21,747 nt of DNA from assembly GCA_018238545.1 (NCBI GenBank), contig JABCTC010000052.1, positions 1 through 21,747 of the forward strand. Reading direction: 5' to 3'. The position numbers were made by a program, and so were the translations under genes. Source of the DNA: Candidatus Heimdallarchaeota archaeon (GTDB taxonomy: Archaea; Asgardarchaeota; Heimdallarchaeia; Heimdallarchaeales; Heimdallarchaeaceae). Below are positions 8,172 through 16,599 of the stretch, one piece after another (within the stretch, counting starts at the first letter, position 1; each line of letters begins with the position of its first letter). Under the pieces are notes generated by a model that saw only the letters and a list, made by a program, of their open reading frames with translations, ran no database searches and was not told the DNA's origin.

Positions 8172-9308
8172 TTGTCGGACGAACTTCATACCAAGCCTCT
8201 GGTCTTAGATAACGGAACTGGATATACTAAAATAGGTTTCGCTGGTGAAGATCAACCAAGAAGTGTTTTTCCAACTCTGATAGGTTATCCTAAAAACCCA
8301 ATAGTTATGCCTGATGTAGAAGCCTACTTCAGAGAATACTATATTGGTGAAGAAGCTATGAACTTACGAGGTGTTCTCAAACTTCAGTATCCAATGGAGC
8401 ATGGACAAGTTAAGGACTGGCAAGCAATGGAACGAATCTGGCATTATATTTATTATAATGACTTAAGAGTTAATCCAAATGAGCACCCAGTAATGTTAAC
8501 TGAACCACCTTTAAACGATAAAAAAAACAAGGAGAAGATGGCCGAGTTAATGTTTGAACAATTTAACGTTCCAGCCATGTATGTCTCCATGCAAGCAATA
8601 TTGTCTCTATATGCTTCTGGTAGGACAACTGGACTTGTTATAGATGCAGGTGATGGTGTAATTCATATCGTTCCAGTTTACGAAGGTTTTGCTATTTCTC
8701 ATGCGATACATCGTTCAGATATTGGTGGGCGAGATATTACTAACTATCTTAGAACCCTTTTGAAACAACGTGGGTATTCATTGACAACCAGTGCTGAGAA
8801 AGAAATCGTTAGAGATATCAAGGAACGACTCTGTTACATAGCTCTTGATCCAGAAAAAGAATTGAAGCTTGCAGAAAAAGTTTCAGGAATGGAGAAAGAT
8901 TATACCATGCCTGATGGCGAGGTTATCAACATAGGATCAGAACGTTTCATGGCTCCAGAACTGCTCTTTAGTCCAGGTGTTATTGGTTCTGAGGAAGAAC
9001 CGTTGGATGAACTAATTTATAGAATGGTACAGAATTGTGATGTAGATCTACGTCGAGATTTGTTTTCAAATATTGTACTTTCTGGTGGTTCAACAATGTT
9101 TCCAGGACTTAAAGAACGACTACATAAGGAATTAGTAGAGCTTGTTCCTGATACAACTGAAGTGAAGATAATCTCTCCTCCGGAACGAAGATACTCCGTA
9201 TGGATAGGCGGAAGTATTCTCAGTTCTCTTAAAACATTCAAGAAATTATGGGTAACAAAAAAAGAATATAAGGAGAATGGTCCTTCAGCTGTTTATCGTT
9301 GTATCTAA
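8172..9308 (+). CDS. Actin, Lokiactin/Asgard conserved-actin type
   Basis: 378 aa with DNGTG, GFAGEDQPRSVFP, YPMEHG, LTEPPLN, LSLYASGRTTG, DAGDG, TTSAEKEIVRDIKE, LSGGSTMFPG, PPERRYSVWIGGSIL and C-terminal RCI. Confidence 0.97.
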   Translation: MSDELHTKPLVLDNGTGYTKIGFAGEDQPRSVFPTLIGYPKNPIVMPDVEAYFREYYIGEEAMNLRGVLKLQYPMEHGQVKDWQAMERIWHYIYYNDLRVNPNEHPVMLTEPPLNDKKNKEKMAELMFEQFNVPAMYVSMQAILSLYASGRTTGLVIDAGDGVIHIVPVYEGFAISHAIHRSDIGGRDITNYLRTLLKQRGYSLTTSAEKEIVRDIKERLCYIALDPEKELKLAEKVSGMEKDYTMPDGEVINIGSERFMAPELLFSPGVIGSEEEPLDELIYRMVQNCDVDLRRDLFSNIVLSGGSTMFPGLKERLHKELVELVPDTTEVKIISPPERRYSVWIGGSILSSLKTFKKLWVTKKEYKENGPSAVYRCI

Positions 9309-9311
9309 ATC

Positions 9312-10647
9312 TTATTTCTCAATTTTTTTCTTTTTTTTCCAAATATAACCCGTTATTACAATTGTTCCAAGTAATGCTACTCCAGCTGATATTGAGCTGA
9401 TAATAATTGTGAGATTAGTTGATGTTCCTTCAAAGATGTCCAATGCTTTTGTCATACTACTTAAATAACCCTCAAAATCTCCTTCAAGAAATCTGTTAAT
9501 TGCCTCCTCCTGAAATCTCTTGGACTTTGCTAGAAATCTTTCTGTATTGGTTGAAGAATGATCTCCAATCATTTCTTTATTGTATTCCCAAACATTTTTC
9601 GTCAGATTAATAGCTTGGTCAAAATTGTTTTGAGTAGTTGTAATCTGATAATAGTCTATTGAGCACCTATCTCCTACGATTCCCCATAGGACGTTAGGAT
9701 TTGTAGTCCCCCAATAAACAACAAACCCATTATTGTGATTCAAACCATTATGAACACTTTGAGAAGTTTCTTCACTTGTATTTATACAGTAAGTAATTGT
9801 TGTCGCATGAAACGACCAAGGTGTTACACCACCCGTCGATTCTGATCTTATCCAACCATATGGATGAAGGTAAAATTCGATAAGATAGTGTATTAGTGGT
9901 CCTATGAAAATCGATCGAGCAGGTATCCCAAGTGACCTTAGAAGAGCAACTGCTAGATTTGCTTTACCAACACAAACTCCTGTCCCTTCTTGTAGAACTG
10001 TAAGAGCATCATGACCAGAGCTGTAACCAAATATAAGTTCGTTTCAAGTGAAGTTAGCTATAGATTCAGCAATAATTAATACGTCTGTATCACTTCCCAT
10101 AAGTTCTTCAGCTTTAGAAACTATTTCGGGATTTTCACTTTGGACATACTCGGTATTGTCCAACCATCCAACCACTTCTTCAGGCAAAAGATGCTCTGGA
10201 GTTATGGAAACACCTGAGGGTAAATCATCAAATTTGTTGTATTCAATAAGAACTGGTACATTCCAGTAAATATAAACAACATCTGTATTCTCTAGATTAC
10301 TTATTGAAACTTCCAGAAGAGCATTTTCAGAAGGGTAATCGGACGATATCCTATAATTCTCTATGATATCTACTGGATCAGAACGAACTGAAAGAAGTAT
10401 TGGAGCTTGATTTAGGTGGGCAATAGGTATGTGCATATAAATCTTAAATGGACCAGTATCAGGTGTTGCTGCCTGGACAGCAAAACATCCAGAAACATTA
10501 TACAGATATATTTAATTTTTCAACGGAAGTTGTTTGTTGGGAGTTTATTGCAGATGATTCAAGTGATGAATATTGAGTAGAAGTTAACTGAATTCCTATT
10601 AGCAAAATTATGAAAACAAATTTTAAAACATTTCTGGAATTATGCAT
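9312..10647 (-). pseudogene. Interrupted secreted, membrane-anchored transglutaminase-like protein
   Basis: Signal-peptide-like start at 10647, a frameshift near 10500-10520 and an in-frame TGA at 10046-10044. The frame continues through GVCVGKANLAVALLRSLGIPAR...HYLIEFYLHPYGWIRSE into ORF 9312..9743, which ends in a TM helix plus KKKKK. Confidence 0.8.
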
Positions 10648-10745
10648 ATCTGCTGTCTTTTTGATGCACTTATATTTGTTTTCTATACTTCTTAACTTAG
10701 AGCAAAAGTTATATTCTTTAACTGTAACAATCATATAGTGATTCT

Positions 10746-10931
10746 ATGTCAGTATATAGACCAGATGCTTTCATCTGCAACAATTGTGGACACAGGTTCA
10801 ATAACGAAGAAAAAAAGATTTTGAAGGAGCAAGTTGATGGAATTTTCACAAAAAAGACAGTTTGTCCAGAATGTCTCTCTGCAGACATTAAAACAACAAT
10901 TACGGGACAAAGAGATCCTGACAATTCTTGA
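10746..10931 (+). CDS. Small Zn-ribbon protein
   Basis: CNNC...CPEC, with a TATA-like AAAAGTTATATT about 30-40 nt upstream. Confidence 0.7.
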   Translation: MSVYRPDAFICNNCGHRFNNEEKKILKEQVDGIFTKKTVCPECLSADIKTTITGQRDPDNS

Positions 10932-10998
10932 AAATGTATTACGACGGTAATTTCCTTATCTTACCTATTTTATAATTAGATTTAGCTTATTTCTGAGT

Positions 10999-11172
10999 AT
11001 GCAACCTGAAACTCTTATAGAAGATATGAACAAAATCTTGGGGAAAATGGATAAAGAATTGAAGGGTTTAAATCGCGAATTAGATAAGATTTTGAGAAAA
11101 TATCCTCGATATATAGAAGAAGATGAATCGAAGTTGAAGTATGCTCTACGTAAGTACAATCACGGAAAATAA
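10999..11172 (+). CDS. Small helical/coiled-coil hypothetical protein (57 aa, not in ORF track)
   Basis: MQPETLIEDMNKILGKMDKELKGLNRELDKILRKYPRYIEEDESKLKYALRKYNHGK. TTTTATAA lies about 25 nt upstream, and the ORF fills an otherwise empty gap. Confidence 0.6.
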   Translation: MQPETLIEDMNKILGKMDKELKGLNRELDKILRKYPRYIEEDESKLKYALRKYNHGK

Positions 11173-11315
11173 TAATCCTACGTTTGTATTTTGTAGAAAG
11201 CAATACAATTGATGATTTAAGGTAATAAATACATTAGTAATTTGATTCAGAATTTTGACAAAAGTATTTTAAATACAGTTTCAATGTACTATCAGTACCA
11301 CAAGTGGTTCTTACT

Positions 11316-12338
11316 ATGAAGGATGTTAAAATAATAATTCCAGCAGACAAGTTGGATATTGTTAAGGAGTTAGAAGAAAAGCTTGCAATTGTCTTTAATG
11401 TGACAATTTTCGATGAAATCTCAACTTTGCATACAGTTGTAGAAAACCAACAAACCTCAATTTTACTTGAAGAATTAAAAGGATTAGGCGTCGGAACTGT
11501 ATTTGGAAACATAATAGTTACGCCTGTATCTTTAACGATATCTTCTGACAAAAAGGAGGTTTCTGTAAAAGGCAGAGGAATAAGCACAGATGAAATGATT
11601 GCTAATATCAAGGGTCTTGCCTTACTTAACCCTACATTCATAGCTCTTATATTTTTAGCAGGAGTTCTTGCATCTTTTGGTTTAATTTACGATAATGTTA
11701 TTATTATTATCGCAAGTATGATAATTGCTCCTTTGCTAGCTCCTATAGCTCTTACAGTTTTAGGCACTATGACTCCTAAGAATATCTTTTCGAAAAAAGC
11801 AATGATTGCTGAGGTAGTGGGTTTAGTTATAATAATAGCAATTGGCTTAATAGTTGGAGCAATTTTCAATTGGACTAATCCTGAAATGATGGAAGCAAGT
11901 AAACAAATAGATATCAGAACAAATCCAGGAATTGGTGACATAATATTTGCTATAGCAAGTGGATTAGCTGCAGGTTTGTTCATTATTCGCGGAGAAAGCA
12001 CCTCAATTGTGGGAGTTGCAGTTGCTGCATCTTTGTGCCCACCAGCTGCAAATGTAGGTGTTCTATTAGTAAATGTTGCAAATCCATTATTCCTTCAAGA
12101 AGCACTTGGATCATTGATACTGCTGGTTTTGAACGTGATTTCTATCTATGCATCATGTGCGTTAATTTTCTGGACAGCTCAATCTTTTGTAAAAGGAGGC
12201 TCAGTATCAACTAGACAATTTAGAAAAATCAGCAAAATATACATGATACAAATTGTAATGGCTTTTCTTATCCTAATATTGATTATAGTATTCATTATAC
12301 TGAATAATCAGTTTAGTTGGCTTGAGTTCAACTTGTGA
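11316..12338 (+). CDS. TIGR00341 / DUF389 family multi-pass membrane protein
   Basis: IIIASMIIAPLLAPI, AIASGLAAG, VGVAVAASLCPPA, about 7 TM segments and an N-terminal PII-like soluble region. Start 11316 (alternative GTG 11304). Confidence 0.85.
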   Translation: MKDVKIIIPADKLDIVKELEEKLAIVFNVTIFDEISTLHTVVENQQTSILLEELKGLGVGTVFGNIIVTPVSLTISSDKKEVSVKGRGISTDEMIANIKGLALLNPTFIALIFLAGVLASFGLIYDNVIIIIASMIIAPLLAPIALTVLGTMTPKNIFSKKAMIAEVVGLVIIIAIGLIVGAIFNWTNPEMMEASKQIDIRTNPGIGDIIFAIASGLAAGLFIIRGESTSIVGVAVAASLCPPAANVGVLLVNVANPLFLQEALGSLILLVLNVISIYASCALIFWTAQSFVKGGSVSTRQFRKISKIYMIQIVMAFLILILIIVFIILNNQFSWLEFNL

Positions 12339-12363
12339 AAGCTTGAAAACTTTTAGGCTTTTC

Positions 12364-12540
12364 TTATCTAAAATGCTCAATCATAGATTTCATGATCATA
12401 CTTACAGCAAACTGAGCTTCTTCTGATAAGTCAGAAAAACCTTTTCCACAGCTAGGACAAGCTTCATACCCTTCTGGATCACTTTTAGTGAATTTTTCAC
12501 CACAAGCAAAACAATAGATTGTATTAGGTAATGCGCCCAT
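12364..12540 (-). CDS. Small Zn-finger protein
   Basis: CFAC...CPSC, ATG at 12540. Confidence 0.65.
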   Translation of the reverse strand: MGALPNTIYCFACGEKFTKSDPEGYEACPSCGKGFSDLSEEAQFAVSMIMKSMIEHFR

Positions 12541-12665
12541 ATGTATCAAAGAACATATGAAATTTCACTCAAATAAACTTTCTCTCAAAAAGCCTAGATT
12601 TGCGAGGAAGATATATAATATTAGATTCAACAGTTATTATATTAGAACCAATTTTTGGTGATAAC

Positions 12666-13858
12666 ATGAAAAAGACAAGTAAAATGGGATTAAGTATTGG
12701 GTTTTTCCTGATACTGTTAAGTTTAGGTTTGATTTCAAATTCACACGTTACATTCTCGCAACAAAACGATTCTATAACACAAATCACAATTGAAGATTTA
12801 ATTGAGATACCAGAGATAATGATATCACACGACGATAATTTCACAGATTACACTACTTCAGGCGTTGGAACCCCAGAAGATCCTTATGTAATAGAAAACT
12901 ATAACATAACAAGTGGAGGTCCATGGGGGATATTAATCAATGGAACAGAAAGCGGTCAAATAAGTGTTAATTTCATAATAAGAAATTGTTGGATAACAGC
13001 AATTGATGTTTGTATACTAATAATAGATGCTTATCCAAATTTAGTAACTATAGATAATTGTACATGTGTTAACACATTAGGTGGAGATGGGTTAGGAATT
13101 TACTTAGTTAACTGTGATGGTGCAACAATAATAAACTGTAAATGTTTGAATAATTTACATGGAGGAATGCGTTTAGACCTATCAGATAGTCTTTGGATAG
13201 AAAATAATACTTGCTCTTCTAATGGGGGTGAAGGAATATTCATTGACAATGCATCCGAATTCTGCTTAATCTTGAATAATACCTGTTTGTTAAATGTACA
13301 ATGGGGTATTACTAATCAATTTTCTAATGATAATACTTTCAGATATAATAACTGTTCAAACAACATAGTTACAGGTTAGTTACAGGTTTTGGTATATATT
13401 ACTCTGATAGGACAATTCTGGAAAATAATACAGCTTCATCAAACGGTATCTATGGTATGCATGTTTTGTCTTCTGGTTATGTTGACATTATATTCAACCA
13501 GTTAAAAGATAATGCGTGGTATGGAGTATACAAGGATTCTGGTTCTCCTTATAATAGAATACATCACAATAACTTCATTGGAAACAACGATGGACTTGGA
13601 CAACAAGCTTACGAAAGCGGTCTATTAACTTCCCAAAATGCAACATGGTACGACATAGGAACAAATGAAGGAAATTACTGGAATGACTACATTAGTGGTC
13701 CTTACTCTATAGATGGCACTGCATTGAACAGTGATCCTTACCCTATAGGTTCTCCAGTAGGTATAGAATTTATATCAGAATATGCAAGTAGTATCCTTTC
13801 AATCATCTTGCTAATATCATTTATAGGTACTATAAGTTTTGTAATTAGAAAGAAGTAA
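12666..13858 (+). pseudogene. Frameshifted NosD/right-handed beta-helix surface protein with C-terminal TM anchor
   Basis: GGTGA then ATG 12666, signal peptide, GxGTPEDPYVIENYNI, NNT/NN repeats, GNYWNDY...DPYP and TM+RKK. An 11-bp tandem duplication at 13366-13387 splits the gene. Confidence 0.85.
13366..13387 (+). repeat. Perfect 11-bp tandem duplication TAGTTACAGGT x2
   Basis: Copies at 13366-13376 and 13377-13387. The second copy supplies the TAG stop. Confidence 0.95.
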
Positions 13859-13932
13859 GTTACCTTTCCCTTTTTTCCTTTTTTATCTAAATACTAAAGA
13901 TTTATTATTCTTTTAGCAACAAGAAACTTAGT

Positions 13933-15876
13933 ATGAGTTCAATTGAAGAAATCTGCGAAAAATACGCTGTTCAAAATGCTTTAGAGCATGGAGAAGCAAA
14001 AATTACCCCAGTAATGAGAATAATAATGGTTGCTCATCCTGAATTACGCAAGGATGTTAATAGTGTAAAAATTATCGCTCAACAGAAGATAGATTACATT
14101 AATTCTTTGGAAATCGCAGAAATACAAAAATTGGCTCAAACAAAGTATACTGAACTTCTAAAAGAAGTAACCGATGATAAAGAACCCGTAGAAGGTCTTA
14201 ACTTCATAAGAACAATTATAGAAGAGCACAATAGGACAGGTAGATTCGGTGGTAAAGTTCATACGAGATTTCCTCCTGAACCAAATGGTTGGTTACATAT
14301 AGGTCATGCCTGTTCAATCTTGATGAACCATAAAATTGCCATGGATTATGACGGAATTTTTAATTTCCGGTTTGATGATACAAATCCCATAACAGAAGAA
14401 GAATCATATGTTAATGCAATGATTGAGGATATTAAGTGGTTAGGAGTATACAAGGAATATGAAAATGGAAGTAATAATATCTTCTTTGGATCAGGTTATT
14501 TTGATCAGTTCTATGAATACGCTGAACAATTAGTTGAGAAAGGTTTAGCTTATGTTGATGATTCTAGTGCTGAAGAAATCAAGGAACAACGTGGATCAAT
14601 AACAGAACTCGGAACAGAAAGTCCTTACAGAACTAGAACAATTGAAGAGAACATTGATTTGTTCAAAAGAATGAAAAAATGTGAGTTCCCAAATGGATCT
14701 AAGGTTCTAAGAGCCAAATTAGACATGTCACATCCAAACCTACTCATGCGAGACCCTATCATTTATCGGATACTTCATACTCCCCATCATAATACAGGAG
14801 ATAAATGGTGCATCTATCCTATGTACGATTGGGCACATGGTTTAGAGGATTCTATAGAAGGAATCACACAATCTATCTGCACTTTAGAGTTTGAAGTTCA
14901 CAGACCATTATACGATTGGTTTCTAAACCAATTAACTGACGAGGAAGGTAAACCTATCTTTCATCCTCAGCAAATAGAATTTGCAAAAGTTAATCTTTCA
15001 CATACAGTTTTGGGTAAGCGTGTGATGATCCAATTAGTAAAAGATAAACATGTGAACGGTTGGGATGATCCTAGGATGCTAACAATTGCAGGACTAAGAA
15101 GAAGAGGGGTAACAGCCGAAGCGCTAAGAAAATTCATGGAGACAATAGGTGTATCAAAAAGAGATAAAATTATTGACCAATCTATACTAGATTACTGTAT
15201 CAGAGAAGATTTGAACAATAGATGTCCCAGAGTAATGAGTGTTCTTAAACCTCTAAAGGTTGTTATAACCAACTATTCAGCTGAAAAGAAGGAAGAGCTA
15301 GAAGTTCAAAATCATCCTACTATTAAGGAAATGGGGGCAAGAAAAATTATTTTTTCCAAAACCCTCTATATCGAACAAGATGATTTTATGGAAAATCCTC
15401 CTGAGGACTATTATAGACTTTCGCCTGGTGAAAAAGTTAGATTGAAAAACGCCTACATTATCAAATGTGAGAATGTTATCAAAGATGAAAAAACAGGTGA
15501 GATTAGTGAACTACATTGTTCTTATGAACCTAGACCAGCAGATAGTGCTTCAGATGATTCTAAAGTTAGAGGCACCATACACTGGATTTCAGCTGAAAAT
15601 AGTATAATCGCAGAAGTAAGATTAATTGATAGACTTTTCTTAAAAGAAAATCCAATGGAAACTGAAGAAGGAAAGGTTTTCGCAGATTACATAAACCCAC
15701 AATCACTGGAAATTACAGAAGCACTTGTTGAATCATTCCTGAAGGATGCTAAATTAGGATCAAGATTTCAGTTTGAGAGATTGGGCTATTTCTATCTAGA
15801 ACCAATTGATTCAACAGAAAATAATCTTGTCTTCAACAGAATTATCTCATTGAGAGATTCATGGTCAAAAAGATAG
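13933..15876 (+). CDS. glnS: Glutaminyl-tRNA synthetase with archaeal GluRS-type N-terminal domain
   Basis: NFIRTII, VHTRFPPEPNGWLHIGH, RFDDTNP, WCIYPMYD, SICTLEF, GWDDPRMLTIAGLRRRG, GTIHWIS, FQFERLGYF and FNRIISLRDSW, all typical of bacterial GlnRS. Confidence 0.92.
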   Translation: MSSIEEICEKYAVQNALEHGEAKITPVMRIIMVAHPELRKDVNSVKIIAQQKIDYINSLEIAEIQKLAQTKYTELLKEVTDDKEPVEGLNFIRTIIEEHNRTGRFGGKVHTRFPPEPNGWLHIGHACSILMNHKIAMDYDGIFNFRFDDTNPITEEESYVNAMIEDIKWLGVYKEYENGSNNIFFGSGYFDQFYEYAEQLVEKGLAYVDDSSAEEIKEQRGSITELGTESPYRTRTIEENIDLFKRMKKCEFPNGSKVLRAKLDMSHPNLLMRDPIIYRILHTPHHNTGDKWCIYPMYDWAHGLEDSIEGITQSICTLEFEVHRPLYDWFLNQLTDEEGKPIFHPQQIEFAKVNLSHTVLGKRVMIQLVKDKHVNGWDDPRMLTIAGLRRRGVTAEALRKFMETIGVSKRDKIIDQSILDYCIREDLNNRCPRVMSVLKPLKVVITNYSAEKKEELEVQNHPTIKEMGARKIIFSKTLYIEQDDFMENPPEDYYRLSPGEKVRLKNAYIIKCENVIKDEKTGEISELHCSYEPRPADSASDDSKVRGTIHWISAENSIIAEVRLIDRLFLKENPMETEEGKVFADYINPQSLEITEALVESFLKDAKLGSRFQFERLGYFYLEPIDSTENNLVFNRIISLRDSWSKR

Positions 15877-15960
15877 CACAAAAACTTGAGTTTCAAAAGA
15901 AAAATTTAAAACCATAATATGAAATGAACTTCTGAAGGTAACTACACCCTTTCAAAAAAT

Positions 15961-16065
15961 AGTCCCGTAGTGTAGCGGCAATCATTCCGGACTTTGAATC
16001 CGGCGACCGGGGTTCGAGAGAGTTCTTCCTGTTGGAAAATTCCGAATTTCCCCTCGGGACTACCA
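15961..16065 (+). tRNA. tRNA-Gln(UUG) with 30-nt intron at position 59/60 (intron 16019-16048)
   Basis: Acceptor AGTCCCG/CGGGACT, anticodon stem CCGGA/TCCGG, anticodon TTG at 15994-15996 and encoded CCA. A bulge-helix-bulge motif sits in the T-loop. Confidence 0.93.
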
Positions 16066-16076
16066 CTTTTCTTCTT

Positions 16077-16544
16077 CTAGCATTTTTTGCAGATATCTTC
16101 TTGCTGTACGGTTTTCTCCGTACAGGTTTCACACTTTTTGATTTCAAGTTTGCTTAAATCTATCTTTTCAATTTTTTCGATTAGTTCTTCTTTTGTCTTA
16201 TATTTCAATATCAATGTGTGGGGCCCTCCTTCGACCATTCTGGAAAGAGGAACATTTTTCTCGTCAAGAAGACAAATAACTGGAATTTCATGTTCATAAG
16301 CATACATTAATTCCATTCCTACACCATGTGAAGGTTCATTCACATCTGCAATGATGATAGAAGATTGTTTTAACCAATTAAGATCCCTATCAAAAATGAC
16401 TTTGGATGGTGCATCATCCATCTTTCCTGGAACAAATGGATGGTAACCCTGTGTTTGTACATATTTAACTAAATAATCTAATAGTGAGAAATCTAATTGT
16501 TGAGCTTTGATCATCGAACAAGCAATGTATGCATTCTTTCTCAT
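16077..16544 (-). CDS. Nucleoside 2-deoxyribosyltransferase / DNPH1(RCL)-like N-glycosidase with C-terminal Cys4 tail
   Basis: AYIACSM, IFDRDLNWL, ADVNEPSHGVGMELMYA, LSRMVEG, and tail CETC...CKKC. Confidence 0.8.
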   Translation of the reverse strand: MRKNAYIACSMIKAQQLDFSLLDYLVKYVQTQGYHPFVPGKMDDAPSKVIFDRDLNWLKQSSIIIADVNEPSHGVGMELMYAYEHEIPVICLLDEKNVPLSRMVEGGPHTLILKYKTKEELIEKIEKIDLSKLEIKKCETCTEKTVQQEDICKKC

Positions 16545-16599
16545 AATATATCTAACCTTTCACTTAATTTTGGGTAAAAAAGTGTTGAGCTGAAGCAAG

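Noticed and set aside
8172-9308. Eukaryotic contamination, or a ParM/MreB-type actin
   Set aside because: The gene is intronless with an SD and TTG start in an archaeal context, and the sequence has Lokiactin-type features (GEDQPRS, REYYIGEEA, RCI end).
10044-10046. Selenocysteine at the in-frame TGA
   Set aside because: The position is not catalytic, the gene also has a frameshift, and no SECIS was recognised. A nonsense mutation is simpler.
15874-15876. Genome-wide TAG-to-pyrrolysine recoding
   Set aside because: GlnRS and the corrinoid protein end in TAG at their normal family C-termini, MttB has Met at the Pyl site, and no pyl genes are in the window.
15893-16147. 84-aa minus-strand ORF (likewise 19189..19398)
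   Set aside because: These are antisense shadows of the tRNA genes.
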